Shown here in pieces: positions 1 through 13,412 of a stretch of DNA of 64,000 nt (its first letter is position 1; every line of letters begins with the position of its first letter). The translations under genes were made by a program, and so were the position numbers. The DNA is from the human T2T-CHM13v2.0 reference genome, Homo sapiens. The notes under the pieces were generated by a model, which was not told the DNA's origin, ran no database searches, and saw nothing but the letters and a program-made list of their open reading frames with translations. The stretch lies in assembly GCF_009914755.1 (NCBI RefSeq), contig NC_060927.1; one strand, given 5' to 3'.

Positions 1-969
1 AATCATATTATTAATCTTTAAATAAATGAAACCTTGTGAGCAGCAAAGGCTTTTGAGAGTTCTTTTTCTCCCTTTTACAGTACAGTCAAAATTACATGTA
101 AAAACTCAGTTGAAGATAGCATTACCTCTCTGTATTTGCATATAGTTTCAACATTAGTTTTAGCAAAGATAACCACACAATCTAAGTTTTCTATTGATCT
201 TAAAAGGCTCAAGATATATTTTGACCATTTATAGATATTTTAATTGCAAGAGCATTCAACAAGCAAATTTCTGACAATAACATGCTTCTGAATACAGACA
301 AAACATAAGACATTAGGTAAAGGGGGAAAAAACCTAACTTCTCTCTCACTTTCTCTCTATCTCACTCACAGATATTTATCTATATCTATAAATATAGGTG
401 TAGATATATGCATGTATGGAAAGATAAATAAATATAATACATATATACCAATATCTTTATGGCAATAAAAACAACCTGCTTATCAAATATAAATGAGAGA
501 TTCTAACACTTATTTCCTAGTAACTAAAATTATTCTTTGATTTGTTTTGTTTTTTAAAGTTTTTCTTAAATTTTATAATATGTTAAAGCATATTTTTCCT
601 GCATTTAATTTTACTGTCAAGAAATTCATAATCTTTTCTACTTATAGAGTCTCCATTAACCAGCATCTATAAATGTATAGCTTTTAAACTGTGTCAGTTG
701 AGGTGTGGTCAATATGAGTTTATTAGCACTTACTGTTAAATGGGCCAATAGCTGAATATTGTCATCAGCGACTTTCTGAAAAGGGTGATACTCAAGTCAG
801 TAACAGACATTTTAGCTTATTATAAAGGGATTTAGTTTGTGGTACTAGATTGTGGCATGAAGGAGGGTACAAAAAGAGAAGTATATTCATACCTCTTACC
901 TGTTCTAGTGAAATCTCTAGATAAGTAAAAAACATAGCTTCATAAATTTCCAGAAATTTCTGATTTTCT

Positions 970-984
970 ACACACAGACACACA

Positions 985-1020
<36 letters not shown>

Positions 1021-1028
1021 TACACACA
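970..1028. repeat. (CA)n/(CACAGA) microsatellite
   Basis: Direct reading of a CA run with interspersed GA; explains the VCVC ORF at 792-1025. Confidence 0.95.
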
Positions 1029-1500
1029 GTTGTAAGCATTTACTCTTTTGTCTTATCCCTACTGTTTTCTGCTAGCATTCTCTATGTCACATATCAGAGT
1101 GTGCAATCACTGTGCACTATGGTATTGAAATGAGGTCCCAATTTTGATATAACTTGCTCAAATTTCCAAAGAAAATATAACCTTTTTACTCTCCATAGAT
1201 AAATTTTACTAACTTTTCTGTTTCTTCTATACTTGACATTTTAGAGTAATTCCTTCTCTTCCCTTTAAAACAATCTCTTCCAAGTTAGTTAAACTTAGGC
1301 AAATTCTTGGTCTCATAATGCCTCTCCCTTCTGATGCTGCTGTTATAAATAGTCTCTGGGTATATGAGCTAGAAGGACTGGTAAATGATGATTTGGTGAT
1401 TTATGACTGTTAGCAACATGTGATTTTAACTCCTGTGAATTCTTGCTAGTTTTTCCTGGGCCTTTTAAACTACCTAAGTTAGAGATGTGTTTTAAGTTTT

Positions 1501-1502
<2 letters not shown>

Positions 1503-1546
<44 letters not shown>
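1503..1546. repeat. (TG)n microsatellite
   Basis: About 22 uninterrupted GT units. Confidence 0.97.
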
Positions 1547-1547
<1 letters not shown>

Positions 1548-1734
1548 GTTTTGTTTTCTCTCTGGATAGTTTTTAGATGCTTTTTGTGGTTGAATTGGAT
1601 CAATCATGCTTGGTGCTGTAAACTGTTCTTGAACTTCATCTATATTCTCCTCCTGGCTTCTTCCTACCCCTTCATATTTGTGGTAGCATCGCTTTGCCAC
1701 TTGCCACAGACATCTCCACAGCAGGCTTCCTAGA

Positions 1735-2259
1735 TGTCTTAGTCTGTTTTGAGTAGCTACAACTGAATACCTGAGGCTGGGTAATTCATAAACAACATAA
1801 ATTTGTTTCCTAAGAGTTCTGGAGGCTAGGAAGTTCAAGATCAAAGTACTGGCATCTGATGAGGTCCTTCTTGCTGCATCCTCACATGGCAGAAGGCAGA
1901 AGAACAAAATAGGATGAACATCATGTCCCTACATGGCAGAAGAACAGAGAGAAAGAACCCACTCCTATAAGCCCTTTTAATAGTGGCATTAAACCCATTT
2001 ATGCCTGAGGTTGCAATTTTTTGGATTTTCGCAATCAGATCTTGGTGAGAACCTTGAGAAGTAGGATATAAATAACTCCCACATGCTTAATGTTCCAATA
2101 ATAGAACACTAGGCATACATCAGTTTTAATCCATTCACAAAGGTGGAACCCTCATGACCGAACCCCTTTCCATTGGGCCCAACCTCCCAAACACTGTTGC
2201 ATTGGTGATTGCTTCCACCTACGAATTTTGAAGTGGACAAAAACATTCAAACCATAGCA
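1735..2259 (-). mobile_element. MaLR solo LTR (MSTC/MSTD-like), interrupted by MER85
   Basis: Begins TGTCTTAGTC, contains GTTCTGGAGGCTAGGAAGTTCAAGATCAA, ends CATTCAAACCATAGCA (reverse-complement MST termini); flanks CTAGA/CTAGC form a near-perfect 5-bp TSD. Confidence 0.8.
1994..2123 (-). mobile_element. MER85 (piggyBac/PGBD3-derived MITE)
   Basis: TIRs CCCATTTATGCCT ... AGGCATACATCAG (degenerate); internal GTAGGATATAAATAACTCCCACATGCTTA; palindrome GTTCCAATAATAGAAC at 2092-2107; TTAA at 1989-1992 and 2126-2129. Confidence 0.88.
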
Positions 2260-2887
2260 CTAGCTGTCCACTTACATCCCTCATAGAGCCTCTAGAAACT
2301 CCTGAATCCTTTCTACATTACTTGAGAATGAGGACACTTTGAAGTGCAGATTCAGTCCTTCTCTTTCTCTCAGCAGTACTGCCTTTGACAATGCATGCAC
2401 CTCACACAGAGTCACTTTTGGCACTGTTTTTCCTTCAGTATCCAAACAGGGAGTGGGACATTCAAACTTCTCCATTGCCTGCCAGGATCTGAGTTCATAT
2501 GTCTGACAACAATTCTTCCATAAATTGATCCATATCTCTTGTCCCCACTCACCTCATCAGTCCCTAACTTGTGGGAAGAAAAGACATAATGGAGTAAAGT
2601 CTGTGATGAAGGCATCATTGACTGAAAAAAAAAAATGCCTTCTTTATAAACCGTGAAGCCTCTCTCTTACTTGAGCCCACCAGGCTTTGCATTAGATGTG
2701 GGTCTTATTGAAAAACTAATAATTATTGATTACAAAGTCATACATATATTAATTTAATTTTCAAAAATTCAATCCTAGATACTAACATTTACTATCTATG
2801 TATAATTTCCAAATGAACTTTAAACTAAAATAGAAATTATGAAAAGTTATCAAAATTTATAAATATCAGTATTATACAAGAATACAG

Positions 2888-3171
2888 TGTAGTTTCATCT
2901 TATCTGTGGGAGATTTTTTCTAAGACCCTCAGAGGGTGCCTGATACAATGGTTAATACCAAATCCAACATATACTGTTTAATTTAAAACTAGGCAAAGTA
3001 AGAGTTTAATAATAACTAATAATAAATAAAACATAAAATATAGTGTAATAAAAGTTATGTTAATGTGGTTTCCTTCTCTCTATCTCGAAATACTGCAATA
3101 TTTTAGGAACAAAGTTGAAGGCAGGTAACTAAAACCACAGAAAGAAAAAGCATAGATAAGGCGTGACTACT
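2888..3171. mobile_element. MER44-family TcMar-Tigger relic, internally deleted
   Basis: CTTATCTGTGGGAG...TAAGACCCTCAG, then AATAAAAGTTATGTTAATGTGG, ending GGTAACTAAAACCACAGAAAG...GATAAGGCGTGACTACT; resembles the recalled MER44 consensus and TIRs. Confidence 0.65.
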
Positions 3172-4821
3172 ATATTTAAATAATACTATGCTAATATTTA
3201 TGCAAATAAAATGTATCTTATTCTTGTTCAAAATGGTATAATATTATGCCCTAACGCTTTACTTCCTCTAACATTTTATGATTCAATATATACTTAAGGT
3301 GTCCCTCAAATCTTATATTGCTGTGATTTTCAACATAATAAAAATAAGTTTGTTCTTTATTTCAAAGCATACAATTTTTATAAGTAGATTATAAAATGAG
3401 ATCCTTCTTGCTATCTGTTGCCCTAAGGAGGAGGTTTCAAATGTGTACTTCCTAAAATTAATCGTTTCATAAATAGATGTTCTTGATTTTTTATGATAAA
3501 GCTGGAAAATTCTATAAATTTAAATTCGTATTGGCTTTAAAAATGATCTAGCCAAAGTGATACTATCTATATCTAGTTATTTTAAATAGTTTGCTGTCAT
3601 TCATCCAGAGTTTGACTTTTAAATAGCATATTTCACAACAGTCTTTGATTAACACTTTACTCATAAGCACAGAAAATTGTGTCAAGTAATTCTTGAACTA
3701 TTTATTTTATGCCCTGAAACCTTATAAATTGCCTGTTTCCATAGATAACTGATGGGTAGCTAGCGTTATGCATATAGACTTCTAACATGAAGATTCTACA
3801 TACTATTTTTTTCTAGTGTGATTACCCTCTTGATTTCTATACTATCATATGTATCTATCTCTTTAGAAATAAAAAAATGAAAACAATTTTTTATGCAAAG
3901 AATTGTAAAATGGTATGAAGGCTCACCATTTTCAATATCAATATAATCTAAGTTATAGTAAGTGTCAAGCAATGCCAATATTTGTTATTTAGTGCTGTAT
4001 CATCTGTGTAACTGTTTAGCTCTACCACTTTAATATTTTAATATTTTGTTATATGTGGATGTCTTCTAATTCACTCAGCCATTATTGCAATCACCTGAAT
4101 ATTACTAATACTTGCTTTGCTATCATTTTAACTGATCTTTAATATGTAGCATTATCATTAGTTTGTGGATCTATATTCTCAATAAATTCATTTTATTATA
4201 AAGACCGACATTCTTTATATATCCTAACATTTACATATATAAACAATTTTATTAACAATCTCTTTGGGGGCGTCTAGGCAGAGATAAGGATAGGATTAAA
4301 TATGTCTGATATTTCAGTTTGGAAGTATTTTACTTTGTCTATCCTACCTCTTCTAATTATGAAATAGTTGGATTGGGTGTGGATCGGTTGAAAAACCATT
4401 TTAAATTTTTAAAAATAAAGAAATCCAAATTATAACGTAAGGCAAACATCCAAGGAAGATATTGGACTTAAAAGTTATTCTCGTAGGAGAGTGGATGTCA
4501 TTTTAAAACCAAAAATTATAGTCTATATTGTTTGGGGTGAATTTCACCAGATGCTGCACTTTCCAAGTCATTCTAGGTTCTTTATAAGCATGAAAAGCAG
4601 TATTCATTTTTTCTGTCTGCTATTTATACATTCATGAAATATAAAATAATTCCTTTTTACAATATTTCTTGCAAAGGAAAATGTTGTTATAATCAAATGT
4701 ATTCAATTATCTTCATGTATATTATTTATAGTAAATATCTAAATCAAATTTCGATCATGTCAAAACAGTGGCACATTACATTCTCAGAGATTTTATCATT
4801 ATTTTTTAAGGCATGGTTTCC

Positions 4822-7800
4822 TTTATTATTAATGTTATTAATATTATTTAATTTTTGTGAGTACGTAGTGGGTGTATATACTTATAAAGCACCAGAGATG
4901 TTTTGATACATGCATGCAATGTGAAATAAGCACATCATGGAAATGGGGTGTTCATCCCCTCAAGCATTTATCCTTTGAGTTACAAAAAATTCAGTTATAC
5001 TCTTTAAGTTATTATAAAATGTACAATTAAGTTATTATTGACTCTAGTCCTCTTGTCGTGCTATCAAATAGTAGGTCTCATTCATTCTTTCTATTTTGTT
5101 GTATCCATTAACCATCCCCCCTTCCCCTAGTTGCCCACTGCCCTTCTCAGCCTCTGGTAACCATCCTTTTACTCTCCATGTTGATGAGTTCAATTGTTTT
5201 CATTTTTAGATCCCACAAATAAGTGAGAACATAATGTTTGTCTTTCTGTGTCTGGCTTATTTCACTTAACATAATGATCTCCAGTTCCATCCATGTTGTT
5301 GCAATTAACTGAATCTCATTCTTTTTATGGCTTAATAGTATTCCATTGTGTATATGTACCATGTAGCCTGTCCAGTCATTCAGTGTCCAGTTGATGGACA
5401 CTGAGGTTGTTTCTACATCTTAGCTCTTGTAAACACTGCTGCAACAAACATAGGAGCGCAAATGTAATCTCTTTGATATACTGATTTCCTTTCTTTGGAG
5501 TATATATCCATCAGTGGAATTGCTGGATCATATGGTAGCTCTATATTTAGTTTTTTGAGGAACCTCCAAACTGTTCTCCATACTGGCTGTAATAATTTAC
5601 ATTCCCATCAACAGTGTACAAGAGTTCCTTTTTATCCACATCCTGGTCAGCATTTTTTATTCCCTGTAATTTGGATATAAGCCATTTTAACTGGGGAGAG
5701 AAGATATCTCATTGTAGTTTTGATTTGCATTTCTCTGATGATCAATGATATTGAGCATCTTCTCGTATTCCTGTCTTCCATTTGTATGTCTTTTTTTGAG
5801 AAATGTCTATTTAAACCTTTTGCCCACTTTTTGATCAGATTATTAGATTTTTTCCTATAGAGTTGTTTGATCTCCTTATATATTCTGGTTATTAATCACT
5901 TGGCAGATGGTAGTTTGCAAACATTTTCTCCCATTTTGTGGGTTGTATTATCCCTTTGTTGATTGTACACTCGGCGGTGCAAAAGCATTTTAACTTGCTG
6001 TGATCCCATTTGTGCATGTTTGCTTTGATTGCCTGTGCTTGTAGGGTATTTCTCAAGAAATTTTTGCCCAAACCAATGTCCTGGAGATTTTCCCAATATT
6101 TACTTTTAGTAGTTTCATAGTGTGAGGACTTAAGATTTAAATCTTTAATCCATTTTGATTTGACTTTTGTATACAGTGACAGATAAAGGTCTAGTTTTAT
6201 TCTTCTGCATGTGGATATCTAGTTTTCCCAGCACCACTTATTGAAGAGATTGTTTACTTATTGAAGAAATCTTTACTTATTGAAGAGAACACTGTTCTTG
6301 CCACCTTTGTCAAAAATGAATTCACTGTAGGTGTATGGATTTGTTTCTAGGTTCTCTATTCTGTTCCATTGGTTTATGTGTCTGTTTTTATGCCAGTAGC
6401 ATTCTGTTTTAGTTGCTATATACCCTTGTAGCATAACTTGAAGTCAGGTGATGTGACACCTCCAGTTTTGTTATTTTTGCTTGGGATGGCTTTGGCTATT
6501 CTGAGTCTTTTATTGTTCCATATAACTTTTAGAATTGTTTTCTTTTTCTATTTTGACCAATGTCATTGGTATTTTGATAGAGATTGCACTGAAACTGTAG
6601 ATTGCTTTGGGTAGTATGAACATTTTTGCAATATTGATTCTTCCAATCCATGAACATAATTTTTAAACATTTTTTAGTGTCTTCTTCAGTTTCTTTCATC
6701 AGTGTTTTACAGTTGTCATTATAGAGATCATTCACTTTCCTGGTTAATTGCTAGGTGGTTAATATTTTGTGTGGCTATTAAAATAGGAATATTTTATTTT
6801 ATTATTTTCAAATTGTTCACTGTTGGCATATAGAAAAGCTACTGGTTTTTGCATGCTGATTTTGCATCATGCAATTTTAATAAATTCGTTGATTATTCCT
6901 GATAGTTTTCTTGTAGGTTCTTTAGGATTTTCCAAATATAAGATCATATCATCTGCAAACAAGAATAATTTGGCTTCTTTCTTTCCAAGAATGGACGCCT
7001 TTACATCTTTCTCTTGTCTGTTGCTCTAGCCAAGACTTTTAGTACTACCTTGAATAACAGTGGTGACAGTGGGCATGCTAGTCATGTTCCAAATCTTAGA
7101 GGAAAGACTTTAAGTTTTTCCCCATTTAGTATGATACTAAATGTGGGTCTGTTCTATAATATGGCTTTTATTATGTTAAGGCATGTTCGTTCTATCCCCA
7201 GTTTTTTTAGGGTTTTTATCATGAAGGGATGTTGAATTTTATCAACTTTCTTTTTCAGCATCAATTGAAATGATCATATGGTTTTTATCCTTCATTCTGT
7301 TGGTATGTTGTATCACATAATTGATTTATGTATGTTGAACCATCCTTGCATCCCAGGGATAAATTCCACTTGGTCATGATGAATGATCTTACTAATGCAT
7401 TGTTGAATTTGGTTTGCTAGTATTTTCTTGAGGATGTGTTGTCAATATTCACCAGAGATATTGGCCTGGAGTTTTTTTTTTTTTTTTGATATGTCTTTGT
7501 CTGGTTTTGGTATCAGGGTAACACTGCCCTCATAGAATGAATTTTGTACTATTTCCTCCTCCTCTATGTTTTAGAATAGTTTGTGTACAACTGGTATTTC
7601 TTCTTCTTTAATGTCCGGTAACATTCAGCAATAAAGCCATCAGGTCCTGGGCTTTTCTTTATTGGGAGACTTTTTATTATGGCTTCAACGTAGTTACTTT
7701 TTATTGGTCTGTTCAAGTTTTGGATTTCTTCTTGGTTCAATCTTGGTAGGTTGTATGTGGCTAGAAAATTGTTCATTTCTTCTAGATTTTCTAATTTATT

Positions 7801-7976
7801 GGCATATAGTTGCTCATAGTAGGCTCTAAGGATCTTTTCGATTTTTGCAGTAGCAGTTATAATGTCTCCTTTTTCATTTATGATTTTATTTACTTGTGTT
7901 TTTTCTCTCTCTTTTTTAGTTAGTCTGGCTAAATGTTTGTCAATTTTGTTTAACTTTTCAAAAAGCCAACCTTTCA
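4822..7976 (-). mobile_element. 5'-truncated LINE-1 (L1MA2-like), 3' UTR plus ORF2 remnant
   Basis: L1MA-type 3' end (GAAATAAGCACATCATGG...CCCTCAAGCATTTATCCTTTG); minus ORF 7564-7977 reads [12 protein letters not shown]...KKSPGPDGF, typical of L1 ORF2. Confidence 0.9.
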
Positions 7977-8204
7977 ATTAATCTTTCAATAAAAAACTCT
8001 TTCTACTTTTTCAGTAGACATCCTTTGGACACAAACTGGAACATCACCTCTCCTGGGTCTCCAGCCTGCTAGCTTACTCTGCAGATTTTGGATTTGCTAG
8101 ACTTCATAATAATTACATGAGCCCAAATTCTTATAATAAGTCTAATAAAGATATATATATATATGTTTATATATACATATACATAAATATGGAACATATG
8201 TGTA

Positions 8205-8427
8205 CATATGTCATCCCACAGTATACACAGAGAGGATTGGTTTCAGGACCCCTGTGCATACCAAAATTTATACATGCTCAAGCCCTGAAGTCAGTCCTGC
8301 AGAATGAGCTTACACAAAACATCAGCCCTCCCTATACACAGGTTTTGCATCCCAAGAATCTTGTATTTTCAATCCACATGTAAGTAGACCTTTACAATTT
8401 AAACCCATGTTGCTCAAGGGTCAACTG
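8205..8427. mobile_element. MER8 (Tigger2-derived MITE)
   Basis: GGATTGGTTTCAGGACCCC...ATACCAAAAT...TCAGCCCTCCCTATACACAGGTTTTGCATCCC...AAACCCATGTTGCTCAAGGGTCAACTG terminus. Confidence 0.8.
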
Positions 8428-8480
8428 TGTGTGTGTGTGTGCGTGTGTGTGTGAGTGTGTGTGTGTGTGAGTGTGTGTGT
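8426..8480. repeat. (TG)n microsatellite, imperfect
   Basis: Direct reading. Confidence 0.9.
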
Positions 8481-8807
8481 ATCCTATTGGTTCTCTGGAG
8501 AACTCCAACTAATGTACTATGTTAGCCAGCATCTTTAGTGGAGACACAGTAATTTATTTTCAAATTCATGTTCTTTTCTCATTATTAAGTGTAATTTATT
8601 TTCAAATTGTATGTTCTTTTCTTATTATTAAATTATTTAAGTTTTGATTTTGTCAACCTACTTTCCTTAAATATAATGTGTTTCATTTTCTCCTTGAGTG
8701 TAATAAATGTTTATTTTCTTTAATTTTCTATGTGTCATCACATTATTCATATCAAAATTAAATATTTTGTTCCTTCAGTTTTTTCTTTATTCAAATTGCT
8801 AGCATTT

Positions 8808-9230
8808 TGATATAATTTGATTTTATTTTGTCGTGCCCAAATCTCATATTGAAATGTAGTCCCCAATGTTGGAGGTGGGGTCTGGTGGGAGGTGACTGGA
8901 TCACAGCAGTGGATTTCTCATGAATGGTTTAGCATCATCCCTCTTGGTGCTGTCCTCAGGATAGTGAGTGAATTCTCATGAGATCTGATTGTTTAAAAGT
9001 GTGTAGCCCCTCCCCTATCACTCTCCTGCTTCTGCTTTCACCATGAGACATGCAAGCTGCCACTTGGCTTTCAGCCATGATTGGAAGCTTCCAGAGTCCT
9101 TATCAGAAGCAGATGCCACGGTGCTTTTGGTACAGCTTGCAGAACCATGAGGCAATTAAATCTCTTTTCTTACAAATTACCCAGTCTCAGTTATTGCTTC
9201 ATAGCAATGAAGCAAGAACAGCCTAATCCA
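8808..9230 (+). mobile_element. MSTB-like MaLR solo LTR
   Basis: TGATA...CCCAAATCTCATATTGAAATGTAGTCCCCAATGTTGGAGGTGGGG...AATTACCCAGTCTCAG...CCTAATCCA; perfect 5-bp TSD CATTT at 8803-8807 and 9231-9235. Confidence 0.88.
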
Positions 9231-10384
9231 CATTTGTGTGCTGTTTTTCACATGTTAAAGACTAGCCCTTATTTATTTATCAATTGTACTGTTTTAGTAG
9301 TGCCTAATTAAATAATTTATGTTTATTTCTTTTCATTGGTATCTTGGATATTTTATCTTGTTTGAGGATTTTGCACTTAAATCATTTTTAATATTCCTTT
9401 ATTTTAAACGTCATTGAAATTTGAATTTTTTTATTAGAGCAAACATATCTCCATCTGACATTTTATCACATAGACTTGTCCTATCCTGATTTTAATATAA
9501 GCTACTATTGTACTTATATTTAATCATTTAAACAAGAAAGAGTGTTTTAAAATCCCAAGTGAATTTCAGTTTAATATACTAATACTAAAATCTGTGTTCA
9601 TCAGCTTTGAAGGCAATTTTACTTCTGTAGTCTGATCTGTATAACTTTGGTAAGTTTTCCATGAACATTTAAAAATAAAATGTGTCCCTTATTTAATGGC
9701 AAAATACTTGATATGTTTATTAAAAACAATTAATAATTTAAGATTCAATTTAAGGTATCTTTATCAACACTTACAGTTATTTAGATCTTTCCATTGTTAG
9801 AGTATTGCTTTAGTTTCTGTATTTGATATAAGATTTTGGCCTACTTCTAGTATTTACTTCTGTTTTTCTTGGAAACTTTATGCTATGCTATTTAGATTTG
9901 TGAATGGCATGAAACCATTTAATTGAGCTTTTATCAACATTAATTGAAGCTTCTATCTCAAATAATGTTTTTGCTTTTCATTCTAATTTCCTTGAGATTA
10001 ATAGAGTCATCCTAGTTTGTTTTGTGTGGATGTGAATACATTTATTTGGTACTTATTTTTACATCTCTCTATATTTTTACTTTTGAGAAAAAATGCTGTT
10101 TATAATGCTATTTATAACTGACTTTCAGTTTTTTTAGAACTATTTTAAATATCTTGTTCTTATTTCAAAATATTCTAAAAGTGTATAACCTTTATGACGT
10201 ATGCTCTTCTTTTTTTACATAGCTTTTGATGTAATCTTGCTTCTATATGCTCCTTTATTTTTTCTTAGCCTATTTATTTTGGGCTATTTAAAAATTATGC
10301 AGGTAATTTTAATTTCACAAGCTGTAGTCTTTAAATTATAGATATTTATATATCTCCACATTTTTAAGGGCATCACTAGCATAT

Positions 10385-10830
10385 ATTTGGAATGTGCTTC
10401 ATTACAAGTAACAGACAAATTAATTTACAGTGATTTAAAGATCAAGGATTCTATTTCTCAAAAATAAGAAATTCAAAGAAAGCTCCCAGACTGACTTAAA
10501 TTGCTAAATTATCATCATCAGTGTATTGGTCTTTCTTATGTTCATAACTTCATGACTGCAGGATAGAGACTGTGCCTGATGGTACCATGGTCGAGTTCCA
10601 GCCAGGCAGAAAAAGGAAGAATAAATAAGCAAAATATGAAAGGGCCGTGACAGCCAAGTCAATCTAATTTTATCAGGAAAACAAAAGCTAAAACAGAAGT
10701 CTCACCCAGGAGACTTCTGCTTCTTTTTTTTTTTTTTTTTTCAAAAGTCACTCTTAATGGAAAAGTGCTTAAGTAGAAAGGGACTGTTGATGGGCATTAA
10801 ATCAGCCAGTCAAAGGTGTTTACTAACATC
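10385..10830 (-). mobile_element. Old MaLR LTR (MLT1K/L-like), degraded
   Basis: Motifs CAAGTAACAGA, TTCCAGCCAGGCAGAA and TTTTATCAGGAAAACAAAAGCT...AGACTTCTGCTT resemble old MLT1 elements; boundaries approximate. Confidence 0.4.
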
Positions 10831-10999
10831 TTTTCTTATGGTGATTACATGATTTAAAAAATTAAAAAGATTGACCATAACATTTCTAGAGCAAAAGTGA
10901 AGACATAGAACAATTTTATGTCCTAATTCACTCTATACTCCCAAACACATCTCATCCATATTTCACAATATATGTGGAATAATCTACACTGTTAGATCC

Positions 11000-12201
11000 T
11001 GTGGCAGAAATTGATAGATTTATATTCCAACAAGCCTCCACTCCTTTCTCCTTAGAAAATTCTCCTGATACTTTTCTGGGCATATGTCCACCAATTACCA
11101 AAAAAAGAAACAAAATGTTCTCACCTCTTTTACACCTAGGTATCTTCAGTGAGATGTACACAAAAGTATCTCTGAAATTTCTGAACAGTGTTCTAACAGA
11201 GAAAGGGCTAACTATACTTACCGGCTTCCTAAATGGTCCCAGAAGTTCAGACATGATGGCTAAATCCCCCAAAAGACATCATGAGGAAGAAGGCACGAGA
11301 AAAGTTTTGCAATCTATCCATCTGACAAAGGTCTAATATGCAGAGTCTATAAGGAACTTAAACAAATTTACAAAAAACAAACAAACAACCCCATTAAAAA
11401 GTGGGCAAAGCACAGGAACAGACCCTTCTCAAAGGAAGACATACATGCAACCAACAAACATATGAAAAAAAGCTCAACATCACTGATCATTAGAGAAATG
11501 CAAATCAAAACCACAATAAGATACCATCTCATACCAATCAGAATTGGCTATTATTAAAAAGTCAAAAAACAACAGATGCTGGCAAAGTTGCAAAGAAAAA
11601 GGAATGTTTTTACACTGTTGGTAGGAGTGTAAATTTGTTCCACTGTTGTGGAAGACAGTGTGACAATTCCTCAAAGACCTAGAGGCAGAAATACCATTTG
11701 ACCCAGTAATCCCATTACTGGATATATATGTAAGGGAATATAAATAATTCTATTATAAAGATACATGCACGTGCATGTTTATTGCAGCACTATTCACAAT
11801 AGCAAAGACATAGAATCAACCTAAATGGCCGTCAATGATAGACCGGATAAAAAAATGTGGTAGACATAAACCAGGGAATACTACGCAGCCATAAACAGGA
11901 ATGAGATCATGTCTTTTGCAGGGACATGGCTGGACTTGAAAGCCATTATCCTGCAACATATACCCCTGAACTTAAAATAAAAGTGAAGAAAAAAAAAAAG
12001 AAGGCATGGATCACATTCCTTAAATGGGAGAATACACATCTCGATTTAGCTTGCACCACTTACAAATGTGAAACCACCATGCTTTCCTATCTACATCAGT
12101 GCTTTTTATATGGCAGAGAAATTTAATTATCTCTCTTGAGAATCATTGTTATTAGAGGTTATTTCTGGTATAGTCAGCCAAAATCAATACTAACTAATAC
12201 A
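11000..12201 (+). mobile_element. Old MaLR LTR (MLT1I/J-like) split by an L1 insertion
   Basis: Starts TGTGGCAGA, ends CAGCCAAAATCAATACTAACTAATACA; the halves join across the TSD of the inserted L1. Confidence 0.5.
11298..11997 (+). mobile_element. 5'-truncated LINE-1 3' end (older L1PA-type) with a 3' UTR deletion
   Basis: ORF2 C-terminal region (ATCACTGATCATTAGAGAAATGCAAATCAAAACCAC), AATAAA plus poly(A); TSD AAGAAGGCACG (11287-11297) / AAGAAGGCATG (11998-12008). Confidence 0.9.
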
Positions 12202-12999
12202 GATAGATGGAAGTATTAATACTTTCTATTTTACTTCTATACCACTGAATTTGTGTTTTAAAAATTGTATTGGCATAACTTTATAATGTAACAAAGTATG
12301 AATAAAAATAAATATACATTTAAAAATTAACAAATAAAAATTTACTGTAAATCAGTAGTCAAATGTCAATATCCCAGTAGAAAAATAATATTGAATAAGT
12401 GGTTTTAAAAGAAATAAATTGCAATGGATATAGAAAATGAAAGATAATTTTAATAAATTAATATTTAAAACAAGAAAAGATTAAATGAGGGCATGCGTAT
12501 ATGCCATGTTTTGGAAATGATCACTATCAATGATGATTGGAATGTGGATCAGTACAATATTTCTGAAAATACTTTAGTAATATATATATTGAATTATTCA
12601 AACGTGGGAAATATTTGAACCAGCAACTCAAGTTCATAATTAACTTTTTTAATAATTGAAGAATACCTCTGTTTTTTGATATTTCATCTTCACGAGGTAT
12701 GTTTATTATACAAGTATAACTAAAGGGTGAATTTATGCTTCTCTCAGTTATAACTTAATGATTTATCAAATTACTTCTCTTTTGGATGAACTCAGCTGAT
12801 CTTCCATTATTAATGGCAATACTTGCTTTTATCCCGGCATGAGATGATTCTGTTGTGTAGTGTCCTTCTTCATATGTCTGTCAATTTCTTATTAAAAACT
12901 AAACATATACAACCTCTTTACCTTTACTGTCCCTTTATCTTTTTCATAATTGTAACTCTTATTAGTCAAATGTATATCAGGGTTATAATTATAAAATAA

Positions 13000-13412
<413 letters not shown>

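Larger units (their letters stand above)
8015..8517 (+). mobile_element. MLT2-family (ERVL) LTR, 3' fragment hosting MER8
   Basis: TCTCCTGGGTCTCCAGCCTGC...GCAGATTTTGG...ATGAGCCCAAATTC, resuming ATCCTATTGGTTCTCTGGAGAAC...ACTAAT after the insertion. Confidence 0.65.

Noticed and set aside
792-1907. ORFs with VCVC or THTH runs (also 17855-18150)
   Set aside because: Translations of (CA)n/(TG)n microsatellites and an MST LTR; no coding signal.
7564-7977. 137-aa ORF and other L1-like ORFs (46578-49120, 57155-57839, 62118-63695)
   Set aside because: Fragments of decayed L1 ORF2 or its antisense strand; no intact ORF1/ORF2.
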